Assembly (NCBI RefSeq): GCF_004010195.1 | Contig: NC_057749.1 | Span: 25,087,248-25,151,247 of the forward strand | DNA from: Chiloscyllium plagiosum | Taxonomy: Eukaryota | DNA: 64,000 bases | Direction of reading: 5' to 3' | Shown: piece by piece, positions 27,020 to 40,919 of the stretch | Layout of the letters: each line of letters opens with the position of its first letter | How positions within the stretch are numbered: the stretch's first letter is position 1 | Made by a program: the position numbers and the translations under genes | The notes under the pieces: model-generated | Database searches by the model: none | Seen by the model: only the letters and a program-made list of their open reading frames with translations | What the model was told of the DNA's origin: nothing

Positions 27020-27780
27020 TCTGTCATATGAACAATTTGGGTGAGAATAAAGGAGGCATGGTTTGCAAGTTGGCAGATGACAACAAAATAAGTGGTCTTG
27101 TGGATAATTAAGGTTATCTAAGAGCAAAACTGGGTCGAGGAATGGCAGATGGACTTCAATGTAGATAAATGTAAGGTGTTGCATTTTGCTAAGACGAACC
27201 AGGGCAGGACTCGCACAGGTAATGTTCGGGCCATGGCGAATATTGTAGAGATCTAGGGGTGCTGGTATGCAGTTCTTTGAAAGTGATGTCATGGGTAGAG
27301 TGGTGAAGAAGGCATTTGGCACATTTACCTTTTTTGGTCAGAGCATTGTACAAGACTTTGGTAAAGCCACATGTGGAGCTGTACAAGACTTTGGTAAAGC
27401 CACATGTGGAGCCGTGCATATGATTCTGGTGATCCTGGAATGGCAGGGCTGATGTATGAAGAGAAACTGGATTGAGTTGGACAATATTCACAGGTTCAGT
27501 GGAATGGAGGAGGGAAACTCAAATCTATACAATTCTAACAGGGCTAGATAGGCTAAATGCAAGAAAAGCTGTTCCCAATGACTGAACTCAGAACTAAGGT
27601 AAGGGGTAGGCCATTTTAGGACTGAAAATATCCCCCCCCACCCCCAAACCAGAGTGTGGTGCAATTCTCTACCACAGATGAAACAAAAACATTTGTTTGC
27701 AGGAAGGAGATAGTGTTGTTGAGGAGAAAGTGGGGACAGGGTGCAGAGTTGGAGGATCAACCATGATCATGTTGAGTTTG
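27020..27780 (+). mobile_element. Old CR1/L2 LINE fragments
   Basis: KLADDNKI and RVVKKAFG relics. Confidence 0.7.
27347..27412. repeat. 33 bp tandem duplication x2
   Basis: TGTACAAGACTTTGGTAAAGCCACATGTGGAGC twice, perfect. Confidence 0.95.
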
Positions 27781-27971
27781 CTCTACTATTCAATGGGCTG
27801 AGTGGTCGGTTTGTGTGCTTGTATTCCGTCACCAACTCTGGTTAAATCTGCTTTGATATTGACTATGATCATGGTTGATCTGATCTTGGCCATCAGCTTC
27901 ACAACTCCCATCTGATCCCCATGTTCCTCAATTCCCTGAGACTGTAGACATAATAAACGCTGAATCCTCCA

Positions 27972-28282
27972 GTGGCACAGTGGTTAGCACTGCTGCTTCG
28001 CAGCGCCAGAGACCCGGGTTCAATTCCCGACTCAGGCGACTGACTGTGTGGAGTTTGCACGTTCTCCCCGTGTCTGCGTGGGTTTCCTCCGGGGGCTCCG
28101 CTTTCCTCCCACAGTCCAAAGATGTGCAAGTCAGGTGAATTGGCCATGCTAAATTGCCCGTAGTATTAGGTAAAGGGGTAAATGTAGGGGTATGGATGGG
28201 TTACGCTTCGGCGGGTCGGTGTGGACTTGTTGGGCCGAAGGGCCTGTTTCCACACTGTAAGTAATCTAATCTAATCTAATCT
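27972..28282 (+). mobile_element. HE1-type SINE, young copy
   Basis: Intact A/B boxes, CpGs retained, (TAATC)n tail. Confidence 0.92.
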
Positions 28283-28308
28283 CCACAATCCTCAGGAGTA
28301 GAGAATCT

Positions 28309-28387
28309 CAACACACAGGGTAGCCCAACACTGCCCAACCAACACACCGGGTAGCCCAACACTGCCCAACCAACACACAGGGTAGCC
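28309..28387. repeat. 31 bp minisatellite x2.5
   Basis: CAACACACAGGGTAGCCCAACACTGCCCAAC repeated, one mismatch. Confidence 0.92.
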
Positions 28388-29149
28388 TTCTCTGTATGCA
28401 CCATGCCAAGTCCTTCTAATGTTGGTTTCACCTTGGTCATTACTTGTACTCATTGCATGATCTGTAGTCTAGACTCTTTCCACAGCCTAACCCCTTCAAC
28501 CCAGGGGTTAGTTGAATGAACATTTTGTATGCAGAGCCACCTCAGTTACCTGACGTAATACTCCTTGGCCGTGTCATTTGAATAATCAAGGTAGCCCTGC
28601 GCTGCTAATGAAATTAAGGAGACAGCGTTGTATACAGTACTCCAGCTGTGGTCTCACTGAAGGTCCTGAATGTCTGTTGCAATCTTCATACTTTCCCTAA
28701 CAAATACCAAAATTCAATTTGTGGTCTTAGGCACTTTCTACATTTGCATTCTGACTTTGATTCACTTGTTAGGATACCCAGATCCCTCTGCAGCATTTTG
28801 CAATCTCTTTAACATTCTGCCTTTACTTAATTTTTGCCAAATTGGATTATTTCCTGCTTTCCTGCATTAAGCTGTAACTGCCTCATTTTTTTGCCCACTC
28901 ACCTTAAAGGACTCTGCAACAGGATCTAAATTGTTTTCCTCCACCTCCGCCTCTGTCATCGGCTAACGTGGCAACCATATATCCTGCCCCTTCCTTCAAG
29001 TATAGCGGTAAGTTGAGGGTGTAGGAAATGTCCTTGTGGTTGACTATGGGTTGCCAACCTGAAAATGGCCCACTATTCCCATCTCCACATCCTGCTTGCT
29101 AATTGTTCCTTTATCCCTGCCAACTAAGCAATGAGCTGCTTGGTTTGAA

Positions 29150-30300
29150 GAAACCTGTGGATGAGGGTAGGGCAGTTAATGTGGTGTACAAGGACTTCAG
29201 TAAAGCCTTTAAGGTTCCACAAGGTAGGTTATTGGAGAAAAGGCAGAGGCATGGGATTGAAGGTGATTTGGTAGTTTGGATTAGGAACTGGCTTTCTGTC
29301 AGAAGGCAACGAGTGGTGATTGATGGAAAATATTCAGCCTGGAGTCACCTTACTAGTGGTGTGCCACAAGGAGGAGTTTTGGGACCACTATTGTTTGTCA
29401 TTTTTATAAACTACTTGGACGCAGGCACAGGTGGATGGGTTAGTAAGTTTGCAGATGATACTAAAGTTGGTGGAGTGGTGGGGACAGTGTGGAAGAATGT
29501 TGGAGGGAGACTTGGATAAACTGCAGAATTGGGCTGAAAGGTGGCAAACTAGCTCCATGCAGATAAATGTGAGGTGATTCACTTTGGGACGAATAACAGG
29601 AAGGCAGAATACTGGGTCAATGGAAAAATTCTTGGTAGAGTGGATGTGCAGAGGGTGTCTGTGCACACAGATCCCTGAAAGTTGCCACCAGGTTGATAGT
29701 GCTATTAAGAAGGCATACGGTGTGTTAGGGTTCATTGGTAGAGGGATTGAGTTCCGGATCAGTGATGTCATGCTGCAACTATACAAAATACTAGTGCGGC
29801 CACACTTGGAATATTGTGTACAGTTCTGGTCGCCCCGTTACAAGAAGGATGTGGAAGCATTGGAAAAGGAGATTTACCAGGGTGTTGCCTGGTATGGAGC
29901 ATAGGTTTTGGGAACAGCTGAGCAACTTGGGTCTGCTCTCCTTGGAGAGAAGGCTGAGAGGATTTAATAGAGACATACAAAATGATCAGATGATTAGGTA
30001 GGGTGGACAGTGAGTCTTTTTTTCCAGGATGATGTCAGCTTGTACGAGGGGGCATAACTACAAATTGAGGGGTAATAGATTAGAGACGGATGTCAGAGGC
30101 AGGTTCTTTACTCAGTGGTAAGGATGTGGAATGCCGTGTCTGCCAATATAGTTAACTCCGCCACACTAGGGAGATTTAAACAATCCTTGGATAAGCACAT
30201 GGATAATGATGGGGCAGTGTAGGGGGATGGGCTTAGATTGGTTCCCAGGTCAGCGCAGCATTGAGGGCCGAAGGGCCTGTACTGTGCTGTATTGTTCTAT
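29150..30300 (+). mobile_element. CR1-group LINE of a second subfamily (RT to 3' tail)
   Basis: [47 protein letters not shown]; tail TGTGCTGTATTGTTCTATG. Confidence 0.92.
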
Positions 30301-31578
30301 GTACCTCGGTAAATGCACATCTACAGCTGCAGATGATAACTGGTGTTATTGCCATGAGATGTTTAAACTGCATTGTCTAAATGGCAATGGGTCCTTACCA
30401 CCATTCTCAATTTCTCCCGTCTGTTTGTGTAAAACTGTTCCATAATTTCAATCCTGAAATGCCCCGGGGCTATTTCTCATCCGCTCCTGAAGTGAAAGCA
30501 TTTCCACTTAACCAATTTCCCTACTGAAATCCTAGTCCTGGAGAGAGAGCATTTCAACTCTTCTTTGTTATCCTAAACTTCAAAACAAAATCGCCCTCCT
30601 AAATTCCAGGGCATGCTCTGCTAGTTTTGTGTAGTTTCTTTGTTTGGCATCCCAGTTTTATTTTTGTGAACTTGTATTGCACTTTGCCTTGCGGGTCAGT
30701 AGATCCTTTCTAAAGTATATGCAGTCTCGAGCAGCAATACCCCCTCAGCTGTTCGATTCTACCTACTTCAGACAATTTATTGTGAACCCCTCCAGCTGTA
30801 AACTTCCATAAATTAATTCTAATGCCTCTGCTAAAGACCAGCACTTCCTGGTTTGGTTTTTTTTTTGGGGTTGCCTGAGCATATCCCTAATTGGAATTTT
30901 GTTCTAACAGCTCAAACATGGACGTCATGCCAGAGATGTCATGTCACTGTGTAAAGCCTAGAAAGGATTTGTGTGGTGCTTTTGGTGACTACTGCAGTGT
31001 CCAATGTACTGCACAGCCATTGCTGACGTGGTCACCTGTAATGTAGAAAGCAGCAGCCCCATTGGTTTTGTAGCAAGCGCTCTCGAGCAGAAATGCTTTT
31101 GGCCCTTTGGCTGAGGGTCACTGGCAAAACCAGCATCTGTAATTGCTGGTGGTCAGCTGTTTTGTGTCTCCTGCAGCCGATGTGGTGTAGTTAGACTCAG
31201 TGCTGTTGGCAAGAACTTTAGGATTGTTGAATGGGCGACAATCAGCTGGTACTGTTTTCCCACTGTCTATTTCTCCTGCTTGTCTGGTAGATGCAGTGGA
31301 TTTTGAAGGTGCTGTTGAAGAAAGTTGCTGCAGTGCATCCTGTTAGTGTTTCACATTGCTGCCCCTGTAGTGGTGAAGGAAGTGAAAGCTAAAAGTGGTG
31401 CTTGTGGTGTCAATTGAATTTATTGTCATGTGTACCGAGGCACAGTGAAAAGCTTTGTCTTACAAGCAATACAGGCAGTTCAGAGTTAAATAGCACAGAT
31501 AGTAAATAATAGGGAAACAACAAAATCAAAAATACATGTACAGGCAAATGTTAAGAGTTTGTGCATTCATTCAATATT

Positions 31579-31870
31579 GGGCGGCACGGTGGCACAGTGG
31601 TTAGCACTGCTGCCTCACAGCGCCAGAGACCCGGGTTCAATTCCTGCCTCAGGCGACTGACTGTGTGGAGTTTGCACATTCTGCCTGTGTCTGCGTGGGT
31701 TTCCTCCCATAGTCTAAAGATGTGCAGGTCAGGTGAATTGGCCATGCTAAATTGCCCGTAGTGTTAGGTAAGGGGTAAATGTAAGGGTATGGGTGGGTTG
31801 CGCTTCGGTGGGTCGGTGTGGACTTGTTGGGCCGAAGGGCCTGTTTTCACGCTGTAATGTAATCTAATCT
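31579..31870 (+). mobile_element. HE1-type SINE, young copy
   Basis: GGGCGGCACGGTGGCACAGTGGTTAGCAC head to (TAATC)n tail. Confidence 0.92.
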
Positions 31871-31939
31871 GTTCTAACCACAGTAGGGTAGAAACCGTTT
31901 CAAAACTGGCTGGTGCGTGTTCAGGCTTCTGTACCTTCT

Positions 31940-32400
31940 CCTTGTCCTGGATGGTGTTGAGCCTCTTTAGAACTGTTGGCGTTGCCACTTTCCAGATAAG
32001 TAAGGTGTAATCTATCACACGCCTGACATGAGCCTTGTAGGTGTTGCACAAGTTTTGATGACCCAGTTACACTCCTCAGACTTCCCAGCTTCTGACCCAC
32101 GCTTGTCACCGCAGTATTTATATGGCTGGTCCAATTCAGTTTCTGATCAGTGGTAACTCCCAGGATTTTGATAGGGGGTGGTGAATGTTAAAGGGAGGCG
32201 GTTAGATCTTTATTCAGAATATGGCCTAGTGAGGACTCTGCCTGTGGGAACAATAATTTTCTGAGATAAATGGCTGGTGCTGACCATCAGCCCAAGCCTG
32301 AATGTTGTCTTGTCCTTGCCATACATGGGAAGGAGGTCTTTACTATTGGAGTAAATAATAGTGAATGCTGCAGCCATCAGTGAACTGATCTCAGACCTTT
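31940..32400 (-). mobile_element. Old L2/CR1-group non-LTR RT C-terminal relic (probably extends to ~31100; related relics ~47370-47750 and ~53000-53400)
   Basis: YKAHVRRVIDY..L.W...TPT.LKRLNTIQDK resembles the YKAQVRS.MEY...LDTIQ LINE motif. Confidence 0.6.
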
Positions 32401-33099
32401 ACTAGAGGATACGGCAATGACTGGATAACATCCTGTCCCTCACTAATAAAAATGGTGCCATGGGATCCTTTATACTCGGGGGCAGGTGGTGAATGTGTTT
32501 AATGCCACATTGGTGAGATGGCACCCCTCAGTGCAGCAGTCCCCCTACCCAGTGTGTTAGCTTTCTTTTATGTTGTGCTCTAGGGGGATCCTGAATCTAG
32601 AACATCTATCTTCGATGGGCCTCCCATGACTGAAACTGCTAAAGAACCTCCCCCTTTGGAACAGGAATGAGGCAGTTTCTGTGGCCAGTGGAAACTAGTT
32701 GAAAGAGTCAAGGTACAAAACCAGATGTGATGCCACAACGAATTTCTCTTGTTGTTCATTTTGATTCACAAATCAAATATGAAAGGGACAAGGAAATGGA
32801 ATATCTGATTTCTATACTGTTGCCAGTATGATCTACTGTTGATCGTTTCCACTGTGCCTTGTGTTCCTGTCGAGCGATTGTATCCTTGTTCAAGCTATCT
32901 AGTTAATTATAATCTTTAATCTTTAATCTTTTCAGCACCAACCTTTCCCTTCCATTTCATTTTCTGTTGCATTGAAATATCATGCATGTAGAAATGCAGT
33001 AGACTGGTTTACCTGGAGATGAACAGGCCATTTAGTCTGTTTAAGCTTGTACCACGACAGCCTGACCCATCGACTCAAATGCTAATCGTACATCACCCA

Positions 33100-34420
33100 T
33101 CCCTTCAGTTTAGAATGTGGTGGAGAGTTGTTTTTCAGACTAGAGGCCTGTGACCAGCAGTGCGCCACAAAGCTGGGTCCACTGTTGAACTCATTTGAAT
33201 GAGAATTTGCTGCCTCATTTGTAGGAGGCATGGTGTATACGTTTGCAGATGGCACCAAAATTGGTGGTATAGTGGATAAACTACTGCTATCCAACAGTAT
33301 AACGGGATCTTGATTAACTTTGCAGTGGGCTGAGGAATGGCAAATGGAGTTTAATGCAGATAAATGTGAAGTGTTGCATCTTGGTAAAACCAGACAGGGC
33401 AGGACTTGCACAGTAATGATAGGGCCATGGGGAGTGTTCTCAGAAGAGAGACCCCTCTGGATGAGAGTGTATAGTTCCTTGAAAGTGGTGTCACAGGTAG
33501 GCAGGAAGGCATTTGGCACACTTGCCTTCATTGGTCAGAGCATTAAGTTGGGGTGGCACGGTGGCTCAATGGTTAGCACTGCTCCCTCACCGCCAGGGAC
33601 CTGGGTTTGATTCCTGCCTCGGGCGACTGTCTGTGTGGAGTTTGCACATTCTCCCAGTGTCTGTGTGGGTTTCCTTCCACAATCCAAAGATGTGCAGGTC
33701 AGGTGAATTGGCCATGCTAAATTGCCCATAATGTTAGGCGCATTAGTCAGCGGTAAATATAAGGTAGGGGAATGAATCTGAGTGGGTTACTCTTCGGAGA
33801 GTGGGTGTGGACTTGTTGGGCCGAAGGGTCTGTTCCATACTGTAGGGAATCTAATTTTAAAAGGTTACAGGATTTGGGACAACATGGTACAGTTGTACAA
33901 GACATTGGTAAAACCAATTTGGAACCCTGCTATTGGAAGGATGTTAAACTGGAGAGGGTGCAAAAACGATTTGAGGGTGTAACTGGAACAGGAAGGTTTG
34001 AGTTGTAAGCTGTATAAGCTGGGACTTTTTTATCCCCTGGAGAATGAGGTTGAGGAGTGACCTTTAGAGTTTGATAAAATCATGAGGGTCATAGATAAGG
34101 TGAATAGCCAATGTCCTTTTTCCTGCCCCCAGGATAGAGCCCAAAACTAGAGGGTATAGGTTTAAGGTGAGAGGGGAAAGATTGAAAAAGAACCTAAGGA
34201 GTACCTTGTGTGCAGAGGGAGGTATATGTACGGAACAAGCTGCCAGAGAAAGTAGTAGAGGTGGGTACAATTGCAATATTTAGAAGATGTTTGGACAGGC
34301 TGATGGATAGGAAAAGTTTAAAAGGATATGGGCCAAATGCAGGCAAATGGGATTAATTCAGTTTAAGAAATCTGTTTGGCATGGGAGAGTTGGGTCAAAG
34401 GACCTGTTTCCGTGGTCTGA
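33100..34420 (+). mobile_element. CR1 LINE fragment with nested HE1 SINE (~33550-33855)
   Basis: QWAEEWQMEFNADKCEVLHLG; the LINE resumes after the SINE tail. Confidence 0.88.
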
Positions 34421-36139
34421 CTCAGATTCTGTAATAGTCATGGTATGGTGTATCTCCAAAATTCATTCCTGAAAGTCGTGCTGGTTATATTAAGGTTGTC
34501 TCCTAGTTGTAGACTGTAAAATTGTCTGAAGTATTTTGCTTCTTGGCATTGCATTAATTCCCTTTTTTTTAAATATCGTTATCAACTCACTCCATAACTT
34601 CCTGCAAAGACTAGTTTAAGTAAACCTCCCTGTTTTACCTGAGAACCACCTCTGGTCCTGCTAAGTCTATGCAGCACTTTATCCAACTCCAGGGCATTCT
34701 CTCTCAGATGTGGGGGTGTCCAAGGTGGAATAAGGGGTGGCTTTTGAAGAGGGATTGGTTCTGTCCTGCTTGAAAACTGATCTCGACCTGGTGCTGAGAT
34801 GCCTGTGCCAGGGAAAGCACAATAAATAGCTTTTGAGTGCTTTAAAATTTTGACAAAACAAGCATGAATGGGTGGAGTCAGTCTCTCTGACCTCTGGGGG
34901 GGGAGGGGGTAGTTTGGCTTTCAGTTGAAGTTGGGGTTCTTTCTCCTCTGGGAGATCCATGCTTTTGGCTTTTCCTTTCTCCTGGGGTGGAAAAGGTAGC
35001 AAGTGAGGAAAATCATTTTTTTATTTTTGCTGAATTTGCCAAGGGTGTTTATGGACTGCTATATTGGAGCAGCTGATGAATAGTAGTTAAATAATTAGGT
35101 ATTTTAATGGAGTTAAAGTTGTGCCAATATTTTTTAACTGTGGGTTAAGTAGTGTTTTGGTTAAAGCCTAGTAGTTAGTCTAATTGAATCACTAATGGAA
35201 CACAGCATCTTTACACTTGCCTTTTAAATAAGGTAAACATTAGGGTCTAGGCTATCTCCAGGGTCTGTTCCATAACCAGAACTAAACCCTCTAGTCAAAA
35301 TATGGCCTGTGAGGACTTTGCCCGGAGGAAGAATGACTCCCATATCTAGAATTCTAGACCTCTAGACATGAGTACCAACATTGCATTAGCTTCTTTTCCC
35401 CCTTTCTCTGCACCTGTCCATTATTATTTAATGTATGCAGATGGAGCTGCTTTGGATCTGAATTTGTTTCCACCATTTAGAAAGTACTCTGATCTATCCT
35501 CTTCCCCGTTCAAAACTATTGAACCCCCATTGTTTACAATGGAATCTATTTGCAAGGTTTGCCAAGTTGTTCAATTAGTATCTCAATTGTCTTTTGCCTC
35601 CATCTACACGTGTCTAGTAGCAGACTTCCTGAAATTCCTCCAGGGGCAATGTTTCCTCTGGTTTTTGGGTGAAATCAGTGGTTCCTCCCTGACAACAATT
35701 CCCTTCCAAAACTGCAGTCAGATTCCAGTACAGCACTTTGTCTCCGTCCATCCATGTTTTCATTCTCTTTACTTGCTTCCAAGGAAAACTGCCTCAGAAC
35801 ATACAGTTCTTGTCATTTGAAACAACTTGTCAAAATGATTTGGCTAAATAGTTTTATTCTTTGACTGTTTTCAGATGTCAGAAGCCACAATACTTCTCAA
35901 TTTGGAATGTGACTGCCTTCATTAGTTCAGTTTTTCAAATATGCAACCATCCCAAATTTAAGTCATGAAGCACTGAAATGAGAGAGTTTGGCCCATCAAC
36001 TCTCTGCTGTGTAAGCTACTCATTAGACCCATTCTCTGGCTGTTCCCCTGGCCTTTTATGAATAGTGTCTTTTTTTAAAATAGATCCAGAGCCATTCAGA
36101 AAGTTATTAATTCTTTCCTCCACATTTTCAGGCAGTGTT

Positions 36140-36420
36140 ATGGAGTCCTGTAGCACGGACACAGGCCCTTCAGCCCAACATTTCCATGCTGACCACGTTT
36201 CCTAAAGTGAACTACTCCCATGTTCCTGTGTTTGGCCATATCTCAAAACTTTCCTATCCATGTACATATCTAAATGTCTTCTGAATGATGTAACTGTATC
36301 AGTCTCCTATTTCTCAGGCAGCTTGTTCCATACATGCACCACTCTGTATAAAAATGTTGCCCCTCCGGTCCCTTTCAAATCTTTCCCTCAGTCTTAAACT
36401 ATGCCCTCTCGTTTCAGACA
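36140..36420 (-). mobile_element. CR1 3' tail fragment
   Basis: Similar to the other CR1 3' ends. Confidence 0.75.
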
Positions 36421-36474
36421 CCTAGATTCTTAAATCGAGTTTGCATCTCCCCTCTGGAGATGTTTAATGTTTGC

Positions 36475-37957
36475 TCATAGAGATGTACAGCACGGAAACA
36501 GACCCTTTGATCCAACTCGTCCATGCAGACCACATGTTGAAACCTCATCTAGTCCCATTTGCCAGTGCTTGACCCATATCCCTCAAGCCTTCCAATTCAT
36601 ATACCCATCCAGATGTCTTTTGAATGCCATAATTGTATGAGCCTCCACCACTTCCTTTGGCAGCTCATTCCATACACTCACCACCCTCCGAGTGGAAAAA
36701 GTTGCCCTGTAAGTCCCTTTTATATCTTTTCCTTCTCGCCTTAAACCTCTAGTTCTGGACTCCCCTACCCTAGGGAGAAGACTTCCTCTATTTAGCCTAT
36801 CCATTCCCCTCGTGATTTTATAAATCTCTAAGATCACCCCTCAGCCTCTGAAACTCCAGGGAAAACAGCCCTAGCCTGTTCAACCTCTCCCTATAGCTCA
36901 AATTCTCTAACCCTGGCAACATCCTTGTAAATCTTTTCTGAATTTTTTCAAGTTTAACAACATAATTCCAATAGGAATGAGACCAGAATTGCACGCAATA
37001 TTCCAACAGTGGCCTAACCAATGTCCTGTACAGCCGCAACATGACCTCCCAACTCCTGTACTCAGTACTCTGACCAATAAAGGAAAGCATACCAAACTCA
37101 TTCACTATCTTATCTACCTGCGACTCCACTTTCAAGGAGCTATGAACATGCACTCCAAGGTCTTTATTCAGCAACACTCCCTTGGACCTTACCATTAAGT
37201 GTACGAGTCCTGCTAAGATTTGCTTTCCCAAAATGCAGCACCTCCCATTTATCTGAATTAAACTTTGTCTGCCGCCACTCAGCCTATTGGCCCATCTGAT
37301 CAAGATCCCGTTGTAATCTGAGGTAACCTCCAATTTTGGTGTCATCAGCAAACTTACTATCCATACCTCCTGTGTTCACATCCAAATCGTTTATATAAAT
37401 GACAAAGTAGAGGGTCCCGCACTGATCCTTGTGGCACTCTGCTGGTCACAGGCCTCCAGTCTGAAAAATGACCCTCCACCACCACCCTGTCTTCTACCTT
37501 TTGAGCCAGTTCTGTATCCAAATGGCTATTTCTCCGTGTTCCATGAGATCTAACCTTGCTAATCAGTCTCCCATGGGGAACCTTGTTGAATGCTTTACTG
37601 AAGTCCATCTAGATCACATCCATTGCTCTGCCCTCATCGCTCCTTTGTTACTTTAAAAAAAAAAACTCAATCAAGTTTGTGCATGGGAAATGTCTCACTA
37701 AGCTGTGCTGACTATCCCTAATCAGTCCTTGCCTTTCCAAATAAATGTTCATCCTGTCCCTCAGGACTCCCTCCAACAACTTGCCCACCACTGACATCAG
37801 GCTCACCGGTCTATAGTTCCCTGGCTTGTCTTTACTGCCTTTCTTAAACAATGGCACCATGTTTGCCAACCTCCAGTCTTCCGGCACCTCAAGTGTGACT
37901 ATCAGTGATACAAATATCTCAGCAAGGGGCCCAGCAATCACTTCACTAGCTTCCCAC
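36475..37957 (-). mobile_element. Relatively young CR1/HER1 LINE RT-to-3' portion
   Basis: [55 protein letters not shown]; closely similar to the 25428-26560 copy, opposite strand. Confidence 0.95.
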
Positions 37958-39129
37958 TGTTAATTTGGGAGGAGCCATCATTGTGGAGTGAGCGCCTGGG
38001 TGACAGCACTGCACTTTTCATTCCAAATGCAGCTGTCTCTTTCATTTCATTAAGGCTAAACTCATTGGTCATTTTGGAAAGCAATTAAGCCTCCCATGTG
38101 ATTATTTAATTTAAGGTCACTGTAGAATAACACCTTTTGCAACTAATAGCCTGAAATGGGTGCAATAAATTTTGGAGAAGTGATTTCCACATTCGATTTA
38201 TTTTGAATTTTCCATTCATCAAAACATTTCTCCCACCCCAGCCCCACCATATCCTTTACATTCAGGATTTTGGTTGGGGTCTGGACAAATTGGTGACATT
38301 CCTGTATTTCCAATAGCCATCAGAGCTCTTCTGGTCTGGGAATTTGATCATTTTTCACATCCTCATTAAGTGCAGCTCACTATCACACAGTGGATAGAGG
38401 GCTGTTGTGGTGAAATGGTAGTGTCCTTCTCTTTGAGCTAGGTGGTCAGTGTTCACTGCCTGCCTGCTGCACAGGTGGGCATGACATCTGGTTAACTGTA
38501 TCCACATCCTGGGCTGCAGTGCAGTGGTAGTGCCCCTAGCTCTGAGCCAGGAGATCAACATCCCACATACTCTTCAGATGTATAATGACATCTCTGAACA
38601 AGTTGATTTTCGGGATTACCGAGAGTATTGTGGTGTCTCCTCTATCTTCTGACCTAATACATTTTGAGTTCTGATTTACCACATCAAAATGAAAAACATG
38701 GATGTTTGTTTGAAGCTAGTTTACCTTAAGGCAACTTTTCCATCAGCTCGGAATATTTTAACCGTATGAACATCAATACTTTTCATGTCAGTGGTTTGCC
38801 AAAGTCAATGTTGTCCAGTTTTGCCTCCCTGCGGCATTTCAACACCTTGGTGCTCCACCAAGTTGAGGGGAAAGATTTTAGTCAATTACCTTCCCTGTTG
38901 TTTCATGAAACATCAGGTGGGAAAAAAAGCTGCCGTAATTTATAAGGCCCCTTGATCCCACTCTGCCTTTCCATGTAATTCTGGCTGATTTTCAGCTTCA
39001 AATCCACGTTTTCTGTCTGCTGCCCTTGATTGTCTAATATACTGTAACGTGACAGCATACTGGACATAACAAGCACCACTGACTTCAGGCAGATCTCTGG
39101 GCTAACTTGTCTCAATTCTGATGGCCAAG

Positions 39130-39455
39130 ATTTAGATTTCCTACAGTATGGAAACAGGCCCTTTTTGGCCCAACAAGTCCACACCAGCTCTCCAAAGAGT
39201 AACCCACCCACACCCATTCTCCTAACCTGTATTTACCCCTAACTAATGCACCTAACATTATGGGCAGTTTAGCATGGCCAATTCACCTCACCTGTACGTG
39301 TCTGAACTGGTGCAGGATACCAGAGCACCCGGAGGAAACCCAAGCAGACACTGAGAATGTGCAAACTCCACATAGACAGTCGCTGGAGGCTGGAATTGAA
39401 CCTGGGACCCTGATGCCGAGGCAGCAGTGCTAACCACTGAGCCACCTTGCTGCCC
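39130..39455 (-). mobile_element. HE1-type SINE
   Basis: Head, core and tail similarity. Confidence 0.88.
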
Positions 39456-40919
39456 TGTGGGTGGTTTCCCTATGGCAAGGGCATAAATTGGGCAAAAGCA
39501 GTGGAAATTCCATTCGCGGGGCTGCCAGTTGGTATGCCTCAAACCAGGAAAGGTTATAAAAATTAAGTACAATTTCCATTAGAAATATTGTGGTCTATAT
39601 CGTGCATTTTAAAGTCAGATTTTTTGAAAGATTGATCAAATTTCATGTTAAAACAATCCATTTTTAACTTTTAAAGACAAAATGGTCATTCATTATTATT
39701 CACGAATTGAGCAGAGGCCTCTGTGTACTTCTGGAAAGTTTTTTAAATTTAGGAATTTGAGAGAAATTATCCCATATTCTCCCCAGAACTTGAAGCAGTA
39801 GGGTTCTTGAGCACTGCAGCATTAGATTGATCACTGATGGTTTGAGCCCTGCTACTCCATAGCAATTAATGCTGAATCTATCACTGTTACTGACATGACC
39901 CAATGTGGCCCAATTCAGAACCTGGTGTACAGTATTGGGTGTAGAGTAACGAGATTCGCATCAGGAGTTTGCATCATGATCACATGGTCAGGTCACATGG
40001 TTAGAGGGCTGGTATGGAGCAGGAGACCTGACCTGCTGCTGAGTGAATGTTCTTGACTAAGTTCAAACTAGAAAGCTCCTGCAGCACGAACTCCAGCTTG
40101 TTACTTTGGGCGTCTAAAGCAAAATTCCAAAGCATGGTTCTTTTGGAATTTCCCCCTCTAACTTTTGAGGTTGTCTTAAGTGTCGAGCATCCTGTTTGTT
40201 GTCAATGTGAAGGCTTTGTGGTATAATATGCATAACTGTGGAGTTTGGATTACATTAAACGTGACTGTTTTCTCTCACTCTTGCATACTTGTGGGCAACT
40301 GGAGTCCAACTTGTTTCAAATATTTATCCAACTTTGGTGTACTGAGAGCCCATGCTGCTTTCAACTTGTCCCAGGGACAGGAATTTGTTGTCCCTTGGGG
40401 TTTTTTTTAAAGCTTAAAAACCCCATAATTTATTGTAGAGACTGTAGCAAACCAGATCTTGGCCCTACAGTATAGGCGGGTGGCTTTATAGTTTAGAGTT
40501 GACTTGAATTCAAGAAGAGCAATTGTGGGATCACCCTCACATTGAGGCATTAGTCCCACTCCGGCCTCCCCTTTAGCATTTTTTTAAAAAAAAAACGAGT
40601 GCCAAGTTGGCTGCAACATCTAAACTATTCTGTTCAATGATTTATGTGCTAATCTAGAGATTGCTGGTTAATTTTGAATGTGGATCAAATGTAATAGGGA
40701 TGGATAAAATGTCAACAGTTTCAGCGGAAGCTATATAGGCACTCTGATCTAGTATGCATTGATCAGCTTATTTCCGAAGAAAGCTACATGCTTGTAGTTT
40801 TATGTATTGTGGGACTTTTTTAAAATTAACCAGTGATTTACCAATGCCTCCAAGATCTGAATCAGCAGCAGTTACCTGGATCTAGCAATAGCTTTTAAGG
40901 TGTGCGATGTTAGCAGCCA

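Noticed and set aside
27755..27880. Perfect 16 bp inverted repeat (27755-27770 / 27865-27880) as a MITE or pre-miRNA
   Set aside because: Both arms resemble the GATCA.CCATGATC LINE 3' tail, so two opposed LINE ends explain it.
28309..28387. CRISPR-like array
   Set aside because: No unique spacers; it is a simple tandem repeat in a vertebrate genome.
31579..31650. tRNA gene
   Set aside because: The A/B boxes belong to the tRNA-derived SINE head, which continues into the SINE core and tail.
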